From NCBI RefSeq assembly GCF_000281045.1, contig NW_008246092.1, positions 325,637-389,636 of the forward strand: a DNA stretch of 64,000 nucleotides, read 5' to 3'. Source of the stretch: Saprolegnia diclina VS20 (taxonomy: Eukaryota). Under the pieces are notes generated by a model. The model saw nothing but the letters and a program-made list of their open reading frames with translations. It did no database searches and was not told where the DNA came from. Positions 50,597 to 61,670 of the stretch are shown piece by piece. Position 1 is the first letter of the stretch, and every line of letters starts with the position of its first letter. The position numbers and the translations under genes were made by a program.

Positions 50597-52043
50597 AGTC
50601 TAGAGTCCATAGTAATAATAATAGTAAGTTATACGAAACCCGATCAAACGGCGTCGTCGATGCCAGGTTGTTCAACGCCAAGCATGTTTGCTCCCTGCGT
50701 TCGAGTAGCATCATACACGGGATGACGCTACGCAGAGTGGGAGCGACGTGATCACAGTAGCATTCCCACGTCGTGGGTGCTACGGCGGTGGTACTGCAGC
50801 CACGAGTTTGCACGTTTGCGCCACCAAGTTTGCACTTTACAAGGGCAAACTCGACGTTACACTAGAATCTAGAATGGCGAGCACTCCACTCGTCACGCTA
50901 TGACGACGCGTAGACTGTAGCTCGTCGCTACAGTCTACTCGAAAACTCTGCGGGGTTGCCTCGAGAGGGCATACAAAAGATGTATTTCCAAAGCCTCCAC
51001 CCAACACCGAACCCAATCCCAGTACAGTACAGCTTTACAGCAGCGTCAATGTTGTGGTACAGTACATAACGTTATCCCCTACGTCGCGGCAGCTCGATCT
51101 CGGGTTTCATCTTGGTGAGGGTCTCGGCACGACCATATACAGTAAACCTTTTCGGCACAGCGTTTTCGTTACCCAGGAGATATCGAAGGCTACAACGTAA
51201 TAGCAACTGGAACGTGCGGCGTCACATTGGAGGCTCATTTGTCGTGCACAGCTTTGCGCCGGTCGTGTGCGCCAAGTTTGATCGAATTGCCCTGCAATGA
51301 TCTTTGAAATGATTTCGGAGGTCTCGCTTCGCTTTGCACGGATCGTTGTTTCTACGCGGTTTGGGCGCGTGCCTCGCAACACGTAGTCGGCGTTTGTATC
51401 TAGTCGGTCGTCGTCTTGGTCACATGCGCCAGAACGCTCGAACAAGCCCGAACAATCCATCGTCGCTTGCACCCTTTGTACGCTCGACGCCGCGTTGCCT
51501 AGAACCGCCGAACCAGTGTCAGCTGAAAAAGAGTCAACGTAAGCATCAACTTGCGCCCAGGTCTGGAATCAACGACCGGTGCTCGTGACGAGATCAGCCA
51601 CCACGTGCGTTCGTGGGTTTTGACGAAACACGATGCTGCAAGCGCACGCACGCGGGCTTGTCAGCGCTCTCCCTTGCAGATTTGGACAGCGTCGACAACA
51701 CAATTTGCTTCCTTTTGTCCTTCAAGTTCTCGCACACGAGCCCAATCAACCGACGTACGAGCTGGTGGGAGCAGTGCTGGGAGAGTCCGCAGAGAGCACT
51801 GCAAACACTATTTCCGTGGCGTGTGTAACAGGCGCCTCGCGTGACAATCTATTTTTAGAGCAACGTCATCGGGTGCCTACCAAACTTCGAAGTAACGTAA
51901 CTTGCCCCAGCTGGCAGGACAATACGAAGATCCAGTGGCCTATCATGTAAACGAAGTTGCATTGAAGCTTCGAGGTGCACCAGGCCGCGCCAGCAGGTGG
52001 GCGATCACGCTCACTTTTCATTTTGCTGCCGCTGTCCCAAGGT

Positions 52044-53003
52044 ATGGAGCCGACAGCGCTGCGCTACATGACCGACTCGCTACCGACGCCACAGATGACG
52101 GCCAAGGAGCGCGCAGAACAGCGGCGCCTCGAGTGCATGATCAACCAGCGTCGGTACCGGGCGCGCAAGAAGGCGCAGCACGAAGACACCGCCGCAAGCA
52201 TCAAGCGCACGAAAGAAGAGATCCGGCGCCTCCACGAGCTCGCTCTCCTGCTCCAAAATTCGCACGTGACCCGGCATGTCCAAGCCGGCAACTACCGGCA
52301 CGACGCCATTGCGTCGTACGTCAAAATGTTCCAGCACGGGCTCGCCATGTTTGACAGCGCCAAGTTCAACGAGCAGCAGGAACTCCTCTCGGGCGTCATG
52401 AGCGACAACTTGCTCTTCAACGGCGAGGTCGGTATTCCGTCGCTCGTCGCGCAGTGGCGCGCGGGCGGCCAGCTCTTTTCCCGCGTCGAAATGCGTACGC
52501 TCGAGCTCCAAGTCATTGGCGCCGAGCATAACGTGGTGACCGTGACCGGCACGATGCGTGCGGTCATCAACCGCACGACGATCGCTGCGCTCTTTCCGCA
52601 CGTCTTCAAGCGGGAGGACGTGGTCCAAAAGCTCATTGCTACCGGGCTCTTTTGCGAGCTCCGCATGTCGTTTCTCTTTGACGACGACCTTGTCTCGGTC
52701 ATGGACTCGGAGATCAACTTTATGAGCGGCCTGTACCATGCGCTCGGTGACCTCGAGGCCATGAGCTTTGTCGCACATGCCGAAGGTGGCAGCAAGATGC
52801 TCTCGGACGGCACCATTTTGTACAATGACGTGGCGCCCGTCGACGACGTCGACGCAGTGGCAGGATTTGTCGAACCCCTCCCAGTCAGCATTGACGACGC
52901 GCCGACGCCTGTAGACACCAAGGACGATGACGGTGGTCAGGTCACCAAGAAAGCCTCGATTGACTTTCTGCTCGTGCCGTCGAATTGTGATGTCGCGCAG
53001 TGA
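52044..53003 (+). CDS. Oomycete Cys-type bZIP transcription factor 2
   Basis: QRRLECMINQRRYRARKK; TIAALFPH. Confidence 0.85.
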   Translation: MEPTALRYMTDSLPTPQMTAKERAEQRRLECMINQRRYRARKKAQHEDTAASIKRTKEEIRRLHELALLLQNSHVTRHVQAGNYRHDAIASYVKMFQHGLAMFDSAKFNEQQELLSGVMSDNLLFNGEVGIPSLVAQWRAGGQLFSRVEMRTLELQVIGAEHNVVTVTGTMRAVINRTTIAALFPHVFKREDVVQKLIATGLFCELRMSFLFDDDLVSVMDSEINFMSGLYHALGDLEAMSFVAHAEGGSKMLSDGTILYNDVAPVDDVDAVAGFVEPLPVSIDDAPTPVDTKDDDGGQVTKKASIDFLLVPSNCDVAQ

Positions 53004-53767
53004 CGCAGTTTGGAACTTTCCCGTAATATTCGTCAAAAGTGCTTCGTGGTCCCTGTCTACAAGACGATGACGACGACGTTTGCAAAGTAGTCAAGTTTCG
53101 GTGCTTCAATGGCTGGGACGGCGTGCCAGGATGCCGAAAATAAGACGACCGGGTAAGAGAAGCGCGAGCCGCAGGATACGGACCAGAGCTGCTACGAGGC
53201 TTGTGTACCACCCTTGTCCTTGCACAGCGTCCATCACCGAATGGCCACGAACGCACGTGTCATCAGAAGCAGGCGTCGTGTCATGTCGTTCTGCAGCATG
53301 CTTCGTTCGTAGTAGCTTTTGGCGCAGCCGCCCAAACGCCGAGCGAAAACCTCACATCTATGCGTCCCGCACGTTCGATCAAAACGGATGGATCCTCGCT
53401 GGGTGCGCGTGCAACCTCACATTCGTTTTTAGTATGATATAATACAGGGGAAAGGACGCACTCGTGCTTGTTACGGCGGGACCGTTGGCGTGATTACGAA
53501 AGTCAACCTACCTAGGTATGCTTGCTTCATCCTGCGCAACCGCGCTCTCCGAGGCCACCAAATTCACGCGGGCGGCCGCTGGCTCGGCCGTTGATTCCCT
53601 TCAGGGACAGAGGAGGCCCAGCTTTTCTCCAAAAACAGCTTGTCACAAAGCGAACCAATCGCGATAACGGTCACATGACGCCACTCTCGGCGACGTCATT
53701 TTTCGTGGCATATGCCGAATTTAAGCGCGATGTCCAGTGTTGACTGTCATTTTTTGTCCAACTCGAA

Positions 53768-54628
53768 ATGGCACATCGCCCGGAGCTGTCGCCGCAAACA
53801 TCGGAGCTCGGTCCGAGCCCACCGCCGACGTCCACGGACGTGGTGAAGGCGTCCAAGCGGCGCCAAGAGTGTCTCCAGAACCAGCGCCGGTACCGGCTCC
53901 GGAAGAAGAAGAAGTTTGAGGCCAAGGCCGAGCAGCTGAGCGAGCTCCATATTGAACTCACGCGGCTTCAAGACCACGCGCATCTGCTCAAGGCGAAGCT
54001 GCTCATGCGCTTCATCGAGGCGGGTATGCAGCGCTCCAACACGATCGCAGCGTACTGGGAGCTCTTCCGATTTGGCCTCGCCGACCAAAATGGCCGGCAT
54101 TACACCCAGCAGATCGACTTTGTGCGCAACCGCATGCACGACGACATGTACGTCAACGGCGTCCAGGGCTCAGGCAACCTCCTCGACCAGTGGCGTGCGT
54201 GCCAGTCGCTGCTCTCGCACTTTGACGCGCCCAACATGCAGATCCAGGTCTTTGGCGCCGAGCAAGAGTACATTGTGACGACCGGCGTCGTCCTCGTCCA
54301 GTTCAACCGCGACTCGATTGCGCTCGTCTTTCCGCGGCTGCTGGCGCGCGAGGACTTGGTGCAGTTGCTGCTTCAGCGCCCGGCGCCGTGCCCGCTGCGT
54401 GTGTCGTGCCACTTTGCGGGCGGGAAGGTCCAGAGCATGGACCTCGACATCAACATCATCGAAGGCATCCGCCAATGCGTGTCCGACCAAGCTAATGTCG
54501 CCGAGTTTTACAGTGTCCTCGACGGCGCCGCCGCCGCTTCGCACGTGACAGCCAACGGGCTCTTGGACCAGCAAACGCTCGAACACATGGCGCTCGAGCT
54601 CGTGCCCGACGACGGCGCGTCCCTGTAG
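53768..54628 (+). CDS. Oomycete Cys-type bZIP transcription factor 3
   Basis: KRRQECLQNQRRYRLRKK; SIALVFPR. Confidence 0.85.
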   Translation: MAHRPELSPQTSELGPSPPPTSTDVVKASKRRQECLQNQRRYRLRKKKKFEAKAEQLSELHIELTRLQDHAHLLKAKLLMRFIEAGMQRSNTIAAYWELFRFGLADQNGRHYTQQIDFVRNRMHDDMYVNGVQGSGNLLDQWRACQSLLSHFDAPNMQIQVFGAEQEYIVTTGVVLVQFNRDSIALVFPRLLAREDLVQLLLQRPAPCPLRVSCHFAGGKVQSMDLDINIIEGIRQCVSDQANVAEFYSVLDGAAAASHVTANGLLDQQTLEHMALELVPDDGASL

Positions 54629-54976
54629 TAGGTATAGGCGTCGCGCGGAAACACCTAAACACCTAATTAACGCTGAATCTTCCAAGCGAAACATCCGAGA
54701 GTTTGTCGACATGTGACCTTTTTATACCGACTTGCGACGGATACAAAAGCGCGATGGCGACGGAAGAGACGCCGCTGCGAGAGTGTCTGAAGGCGCTGGT
54801 GCCGCGCGTCACGTTCCCGCGTCGACCGGCCGCGACGCTGACGCAGCTCGACGCAGTTGCGCGCCTTCGACTCGTGCAAGCATCACCATATTTGCCTTGC
54901 GGCGTACTGGAAGTAGAGGAAGCCAAGTCAGCGCCGTTCAACAACTCGTAATCGATTACTTTACAAGCTTTAGCAG

Positions 54977-56542
54977 CTACGACCGGAACCCCATGTCGTG
55001 AAGCATGTTGGAGACAGGTCCAGCGTGGCCTTCCTGCGACGTTAGCGACTCGAGTAGGTTCGACACGAGGTTCAAGTCGAGGTTGACGGGTGTGAGTTGT
55101 GACGCGTCGTCGTCGGCCTCGTCGCTGGTTGTCATCGTTGTCGTCGTCGTCGTCTGGAAGCTCTTGGCCATCTTGGAGTCGGTGAGCTCCATGTCCATCT
55201 CGTCCATGAGCTGCTCCATGAGGTGGTCCATGGCGGCGTCATCTTCGTCATCCTCGTCATCACTGTCGTCGTCCTCGTCATCGCTCGAGAAGAAATACGC
55301 GTCGTTGTCTTCTGGCGCGTGCGGCTTCTCGGACGGCGTCGCAGTCGTTTGGTTGAGAATTGCCATGAGCGCATCCATGTCCAGGCTCACGGGCGCCAAC
55401 GTCTTCGCAGACATGTCGACACCGTCGAACTCGGACGCTTCCTTGACGAACGAGTGGAACATCGTGGCCATGTCCTGGAGCTCGTCGGCGTTGCCGTCTT
55501 GCACGCGGGACTCGGCCTTGCGCAGTGTCTCCTCTAAACTCTCAGGCGCCACGTAGAGCCACGCGTCATCGTCATTGGGCTCAAGCGGTGATCGTTGCAG
55601 CGGCATATTGGTGGCTGCGTCAATGCGCGATGACCACAGAGCGCCCATGTGGTCTTTGGTGTGGCTGGCATACAGGAGCTCGAGGCCGCACGTGAGCTTC
55701 ATGCCCAGGATCGCTGCGTCGTCGGCTTCGTCGAGGATGCCAAAGGGCTTGGGCGCCGCAAATGGCTGCTGCTTGAGCTGGGCGAACATGCACCGAGAGA
55801 ACGGTACCATGACGGTCGTCATATCAGTTGGCGAGAAGCGCTGCATGTGGCGACAGAGCCGCGTGGCTTCGGTAGGCTCGCGGTAGTAGAAGGCTTCGAC
55901 GGCGTAGGCTACGGCGCGGGGGGTCTCTTGGAGAACAATGGCGGCAGACGTCGGCATGCGACACTGAACTGTGTGGCGGTTGATGCTTCGCTGCATCGAG
56001 TGCGTTTGCGCCGCCTCGAGTCGGGCGAGAAGGATTCGCTGGACGTCACTTGGCGCTTCGTGCTTGGACGGCGTCGTCGTGAGCGTCTTTAGCGCAATTG
56101 CTAGATCCAAGTGCCCTTTCTCGACGTCGTCCGTGAGGAGATAGACGCGGCCATGACGCAGGAAGACGCGGTTGTTGGAGTTCTCGGGCGTCACCCACAT
56201 GGGCAGCGCTTCGGCCGCTTCAATGAGGAGGAACTGACCATCGGCGTCGGCAACCTGGAGCGTCATATCGGCGTGCGCCTTTGTCAGCGACATCAAGGCA
56301 GCGGTCGCGACCCATTCGTCCTCGACGTTGTCGCCAACATACATCTTGCCATGCAGCGTCGTCGCCGAGGTCCACGTGGTCATGGGCGCTTCCAGGCACA
56401 GAGGCTCCTTCTGCCAGATGTAGTCGCCTACGAAGGCGGCGACTTCGGCTGCCATGCGGCGGAGCCTGCCTGCGTCCGGTGCATGGTCAAAGTGGACGTC
56501 GAACTCGAGGCCGTCAGTCGAGAGCTCGGCGGTCGGAAACAT
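54977..56542 (-). CDS. ECD: Ecdysoneless / SGT1-like (ECD) protein
   Basis: YIWQKEP, GDNVEDEW, DADGQFLLIEAA..LP.W..PE...NRVF, LGMKLTCGLE, C-terminal NLVSNLLES..GHAGPVSNML. Confidence 0.92.
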   Translation of the reverse strand: MFPTAELSTDGLEFDVHFDHAPDAGRLRRMAAEVAAFVGDYIWQKEPLCLEAPMTTWTSATTLHGKMYVGDNVEDEWVATAALMSLTKAHADMTLQVADADGQFLLIEAAEALPMWVTPENSNNRVFLRHGRVYLLTDDVEKGHLDLAIALKTLTTTPSKHEAPSDVQRILLARLEAAQTHSMQRSINRHTVQCRMPTSAAIVLQETPRAVAYAVEAFYYREPTEATRLCRHMQRFSPTDMTTVMVPFSRCMFAQLKQQPFAAPKPFGILDEADDAAILGMKLTCGLELLYASHTKDHMGALWSSRIDAATNMPLQRSPLEPNDDDAWLYVAPESLEETLRKAESRVQDGNADELQDMATMFHSFVKEASEFDGVDMSAKTLAPVSLDMDALMAILNQTTATPSEKPHAPEDNDAYFFSSDDEDDDSDDEDDEDDAAMDHLMEQLMDEMDMELTDSKMAKSFQTTTTTTMTTSDEADDDASQLTPVNLDLNLVSNLLESLTSQEGHAGPVSNMLHDMGFRS

Positions 56543-56892
56543 GCTTCTGACCGCTCTTGATTGGTGCAAACTCACGCGCTTCTGATTGGCTCTAGACTCT
56601 TGGATACCCGCGCTCATTGGTCCATCGAGCCGAGTTTCTATTGGTTCATTTCTTGACGTTGAAGTTGACGGGAGAGTCCAACCGTGAAATAGTGTGATAA
56701 GAGGATGACACTATGCCTGCGCGTCGCACACACGCACAGCTCGCCCCATTGGCCCATCAGGCACACCACACGATGAATTCACGTCGGTGCGAGCATTGAC
56801 TTGCCTCTTTCGCTCGACGTCATGCAGCTAAGAACATATATAACACTATTTCATGCCAATGCAACGTGGCACGCGCGGAGTGCAGTTTTGAA

Positions 56893-57639
56893 ATGGCGCG
56901 CGCAGTGCTCACGAACGACGACCTCTTTCGCGTGACGAGCGTCTTCTCGCGAGGCAAGGCAGCTGCGCAGTGGTGTGACGGCGACTTGGCCGCTGCGCTC
57001 GGACACGTCTATCTCCTCGAGCACCTTCCCGCGCTTTTGCTCACGCCAGTGGCGATGGAGGCGGCCGCCGCCAACGGCCACTTGGCCGTGGTACAATGGG
57101 TCCACTGGAATCGCCCGGAGACGCGCAGCTCGTGCGCAATACTATACGCGGCTGAAAACAACCACTTGCACGTCGTGTCCTGGCTCCACGCGCACGCGTA
57201 CACAGATGCGCTCGCGATCGACGCAGCCGCCGCGGCAGGCCACTTGGATATGGTGCAGTGGCTGCACGTCCATGGATCGCCACGCGGGTGTTCGGTGCGT
57301 GCGATGGACCAAGCCGCCGAGAAGGGTCACTTGGAGGTGCTTCAATGGCTTCATGTACACCGGAGAGAAGGCTGCACGACCGATGCATTCGACTATGCGG
57401 CGTGCGCGGGGCACTTGACAATCGTCCAGTGGCTCGCCACCCATCGACACGAAGGCTGCACGAAGAAGGCGCTTTTGTATGCTGCGTTCAACGGCCACCT
57501 CGACGTTGTTGAGTTTGTCTGCGCGCTGCCGCAAACCACCGACGACGACCTCCAGCGCGCGCTGCACCTCTGTGGGAAGAACGGACAGCGCCACGTCGCC
57601 GACTATCTACGGAGCCTTGCGATAACCAAAGTTACGTAG
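56893..57639 (+). CDS. Oomycete-type ankyrin-repeat protein
   Basis: AMDQAAEKGHLEVLQWLHVHRREGCTTDA repeats. Confidence 0.87.
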   Translation: MARAVLTNDDLFRVTSVFSRGKAAAQWCDGDLAAALGHVYLLEHLPALLLTPVAMEAAAANGHLAVVQWVHWNRPETRSSCAILYAAENNHLHVVSWLHAHAYTDALAIDAAAAAGHLDMVQWLHVHGSPRGCSVRAMDQAAEKGHLEVLQWLHVHRREGCTTDAFDYAACAGHLTIVQWLATHRHEGCTKKALLYAAFNGHLDVVEFVCALPQTTDDDLQRALHLCGKNGQRHVADYLRSLAITKVT

Positions 57640-57876
57640 CAAATTTTCTTGCCCTTTGGTTTTGATATCTGTTGTAATCGGTGGAAATACCATTTTTGAC
57701 ACTCTGGACGCGAGTTGCACCTTTTTCCAAGCATTTGGCCAACCAGTCCACCAACTTGATGGTCAACGCCCAACGCAACTCATCCTGCTCACGACATCGA
57801 CGTAGCATCGCCCTTGACGTCGTCCCAAGCTTGCACTGGGGCAAGAAAGGCACCAGTGAATGGAGTTCAGCATTGA

Positions 57877-60800
57877 TTATGGTGTCGTATCGTCGTCGTC
57901 GTCGGGTACGAGTGTCCTGCTGGCAGCAAGGAGCGTCGCATGAGGGCTTCGATCCCGGCCGTGCGTGAGCCAGTCCAAGTAGCACGCCTTGAACATCGCG
58001 GCGTCACCGCTTTGGAGCTTGATGAGGTGCTTCAAGCACGCATGCGCCTGCTGCTCGATGAGCTGGAAGAGCCCGCGCAGCAAAAGCGCGATGCGCTGTG
58101 ACTCAATGGTCTCGGCCGGTGTCGCTTCGTACAGAGTTGCGCTCGCCAAGATGCAGTTCAGTGCGTCCTTGTACACCGACGCGGCAGGGGCCTCTCGAGG
58201 CACTTTCGTCTCGGCCGCGACACCCACGGAGAGCAGAAACTTGACCTTGTCCAGCCGCAACAGCAGGTGGTGCACGCGCGTACTGGCGTGGAGCGGCAAG
58301 GTCTCGAGCGCCTTGTCATAGTGCGCTGCACTGGCCTCGATGCTTGTCCAGAGGGTTGCATCGGGCGACTGGGCGAGGTGCGCGTGCGCGTACGAAGCCT
58401 CAAAGCCCGCCAGCAGGTAGTGCGAGTCGGCTACGCGCCACGCACACAACTGTGCTTGCTGTCGCCGCGACGGAAGCGCCAAGGCGTCCATTCCGAAGTG
58501 CAGGCCCGTACTCAGCTCGTCTCGAATCGCGACCCGGGCTGCCGTCAGTTGACCATCGCGGTTCAAAATCGGCTCGGACGCGAGCTGCTGCTGCAAGTGG
58601 AGCGCGTGCGACGTGTGGGCAAAGCGCAAGAGCAGCAACAGATGCACGTGGAGCACACGGACGTACTCGGACTCGACGAGCCGGAGCGCCGAGAGCGCCG
58701 CGTTGAAGCCGCCAATGGCCTTGTGGTGTCGCCCCGAGCGCAGCGCGACTTCTGCGAGCACGATGCGCAGCTCGAGGATCGCCACGTCGTCGCCAAGCGA
58801 GGTAAAGAGCAAGATACCTTGCTCGGCGTGACGCGCACCCTTGGTGTGCCGGCCCGTCGACACGAGATGACGCGCCAGGGACACGTACGCTTCGCGCAAG
58901 GTTTCCCGAAAGCAACGGTGGATGTGTTCGCGGCCTACGACCAAGTGCGGCAACGTCGAGTAGTCACCAACTTGCATCGCACACGTGAGCGCAATGTTGA
59001 GGTGCTGCTCGGCGTCCCCGTCGAGCGCGTGGCGCGTCATATGCAGCCACACGGGCGCGTCGACGGGCGGTGACGCGACTGCGACGGCGCGGTCGGCCGC
59101 AAGAGCTTGCTCGTATTGCGTTTGCACGACACGTAGTTCGTCTACCGGTTGCATGGCGAGACGCAGGTGCACCTTGGCGACAACCAGCGGGACCTGGGAG
59201 CTCTGGAACGAGTCGACAAAGCCCAGCATGTGATGGAGGCGGTGCAGCGCGAGGCCGCCGTCTCCCTCGAGCAGCGCAATGTGTACCAATACGTAGTAGC
59301 ACGCCAGTAGCGCCTCGCGGAGCTCAGTACACGTACTGACATCGACATACGCAGTGGCCTCGAGCAGCAGCGAGAGCGCCGACTCCATATCTTCCTTCTG
59401 TTGCGCCTCATCGTCGAGCATGGGCGGCGGCGGCAAGGCACTTGGTTCCGCCACATGCGTCGTCTGCGGCGGTAGAAACTGCTGCGCAATCTCAAAGAGC
59501 GTCTTCGTGTCCTTTGGCGATGACGCAAACGCTTCGCAGGCGTCGAGGGCTTGCACGAGCTGCGACTGCACGTCGTTGGCGCGCACAAAGGCGTCAGTCT
59601 GCAGCCAGCGCGTCGCCGTATACGGGCGCATGTAGGGTGCCCACGTGAGTTTTGCCGACGCCACAAGCGCCGTCGCAAGCGTCTTGGGCGACATCACCCG
59701 CTTGTCGACAAGGCGTAGGCCTTTCCGATACAGCTGCATCGCACGCGCACTCTCGGTGGATTGCGACGCCAGCTGGAGGCAGAACATGCCGACCGTGTGG
59801 TCGACCGACGACGGGTGCGCGATCACATTTGCCGGGAGCTCAAAGAGGCAGACGCCGGACGGCGACTGTGTGAGCCAGTACGTCGTCGCTTCGTTTACAC
59901 AGTGAGCCTGGAGAAAGCGCAGAATGGACTGCGCATTGTGAAAGACGTGGGCCGGATCAAAGCCCGCGTGGTCACCGAGGAAGGGCAGCTCGTCCGTGCG
60001 CACCAAGCGGTAGCTGTCGAGGCGGCCGTTCTTGTTGGGCAAGCAAATGGCGGCGCGCTGGATACCTGTCATGACTTGGTCCAGCCACAGGTCGAGACAC
60101 GCAAACGACGTCCAATGGACCTCGACGTCTCGCAAGGCGACGGCCATCGAGTCCCCGGACGGCGCGTGCTGGAAGAGCATCGAATTGTTGCCAAGGAGCA
60201 TCTCCATCGAGTCGAACTGCCAGTGCACGACGCGGTCGTACGCCGTTGGGAGCGTCGGGGGCAACGTCGCTCTCGACAGGTCGTCGTGCAAGAACCGATC
60301 GTGCAGCACCTGCTGGTACGCGGTTTGCGCGCGCTCTTCGGGCTGCGGCGCATCGGGAACGAGAAGAAAGATCTCGCCTGTTTCGGGGTCGGCCACGAGC
60401 TCGTACGACGCGATGCTGTCGCCGTCCTCGCTCTCGTCGGTATCGTGGACGCTGCCATCATGGTCGTCTTGCGGATTGACCAGCGACGTCTTGAGCGGGC
60501 TCGTCTCGGGCGGCTCGTCGATCGCAAGGTGCTGCAAGAGCTGCGTGGCTGGTCGCTGGGATTTCTTGTAGCGCTGTGAGATCTTGCGCGCCTCGGACCC
60601 GACACCTTGCTCGCGCCGACGGCGAAGACGATCGTGGGCGCTCTCCATGACGAGCGAGTTGCCGACGCGGTGGATCGCGACCCCCGAAGATCCGATCTCG
60701 GTCTGGTACGGCATTGCAAATACTTGCTTCATCGTGTCTGTCGACGCGATCATGTCGACGCTGGGCGAGAGGTGCTCGTGAAGGAAGACGCCGGGCGGCG

Positions 60801-61041
60801 CGTGTCTGGTCAAGGCCTCTTCACCGACTATGTCGGGGCGAGCAGAAATGACTCGACGGACATAGACGCGCTCGTCGCTGCCGCCAGCCGTCGCGTCGCG
60901 CTCGCCGGACGTGATGCGCTCGCTTCGCAGCGGGCCATCGTCCAGCGCCACCGGCGAGAGGTCGATTCGCTTCGTGTTGGGCAGGTGGAGGTTCGCTAGC
61001 GCGGCCACGCGCTTCGCGGTCGTCGTTGGGGCCACTGTCAT
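57877..61041 (-). CDS. EDRF1: EDRF1-like protein (intronless) with helical/TPR-like C-terminus
   Basis: KQVFAMPY..VAIHRVGNSLV, WQFDSMEMLLG, CLDLWLDQVM, YRLVRTDELP, ILRFLQAHC..TYWL. Confidence 0.75.
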   Translation of the reverse strand: MTVAPTTTAKRVAALANLHLPNTKRIDLSPVALDDGPLRSERITSGERDATAGGSDERVYVRRVISARPDIVGEEALTRHAPPGVFLHEHLSPSVDMIASTDTMKQVFAMPYQTEIGSSGVAIHRVGNSLVMESAHDRLRRRREQGVGSEARKISQRYKKSQRPATQLLQHLAIDEPPETSPLKTSLVNPQDDHDGSVHDTDESEDGDSIASYELVADPETGEIFLLVPDAPQPEERAQTAYQQVLHDRFLHDDLSRATLPPTLPTAYDRVVHWQFDSMEMLLGNNSMLFQHAPSGDSMAVALRDVEVHWTSFACLDLWLDQVMTGIQRAAICLPNKNGRLDSYRLVRTDELPFLGDHAGFDPAHVFHNAQSILRFLQAHCVNEATTYWLTQSPSGVCLFELPANVIAHPSSVDHTVGMFCLQLASQSTESARAMQLYRKGLRLVDKRVMSPKTLATALVASAKLTWAPYMRPYTATRWLQTDAFVRANDVQSQLVQALDACEAFASSPKDTKTLFEIAQQFLPPQTTHVAEPSALPPPPMLDDEAQQKEDMESALSLLLEATAYVDVSTCTELREALLACYYVLVHIALLEGDGGLALHRLHHMLGFVDSFQSSQVPLVVAKVHLRLAMQPVDELRVVQTQYEQALAADRAVAVASPPVDAPVWLHMTRHALDGDAEQHLNIALTCAMQVGDYSTLPHLVVGREHIHRCFRETLREAYVSLARHLVSTGRHTKGARHAEQGILLFTSLGDDVAILELRIVLAEVALRSGRHHKAIGGFNAALSALRLVESEYVRVLHVHLLLLLRFAHTSHALHLQQQLASEPILNRDGQLTAARVAIRDELSTGLHFGMDALALPSRRQQAQLCAWRVADSHYLLAGFEASYAHAHLAQSPDATLWTSIEASAAHYDKALETLPLHASTRVHHLLLRLDKVKFLLSVGVAAETKVPREAPAASVYKDALNCILASATLYEATPAETIESQRIALLLRGLFQLIEQQAHACLKHLIKLQSGDAAMFKACYLDWLTHGRDRSPHATLLAASRTLVPDDDDDTTP

Positions 61042-61650
61042 CGTCGCGCTTCCGAAGCCGGTCTTCGAGCAGGCTACTCGACTCTCCCGGCTGCACCTTT
61101 CCGGAAGGCTTTTTCCTGGATGAAACCACGCGAGATCAGGACAGGATATCCTAGTTCTATGTATGCGACACCCGCGTGGATAAACCGACGCAACTGATGG
61201 AGTCAACACCGTGCAGCCGATCCTCCACGGAGCTTCACGCATCATTCTCTCAGACGGCAAGCAAAGGGGATCGGCGAGGATGTGCTTGGGACTCAGCGCG
61301 TATGTGAACACGCCCAGATGTGAATCTCGTCGACCTTGCCTCGCATCTGGCGGAAGGGGATCGCGTGGCGAGGGCCACCATTGGGGCTATAGCAGGGGCT
61401 ACAGTACTGTACCAGGTACCCTCGAGGGTCCTGACACCTGACGTAGCAATTGTGGGTACCTGGCGTGGATGTAAGCGTTCGATTCGTGGTCTCTCTTGGT
61501 CGCTCAGTGGCGAACCTTGGGCGTTCGTTGCGTGCGATTAGCGCGCCGTCGTTCAGTTTGACATGGTTGGCGCATTTCACGTGTGCACTATGGATTGTAT
61601 AGTATACTGAAACCAAGTGTGCTGAATCCAAGAAGCGACCTTGAAGCAGC

Positions 61651-61666
61651 TCATTTTGCCTTTTCC
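61651..61666 (+). promoter_or_regulatory. Candidate oomycete INR-FPR core promoter element
   Basis: TCATTTTGCCTTTTCC about 20 nt upstream of the ATG at 61671. Similar TCATTTT elements occur before the bZIP genes (about 52018 and 53748). Confidence 0.4.
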
Positions 61667-61670
61667 GACG

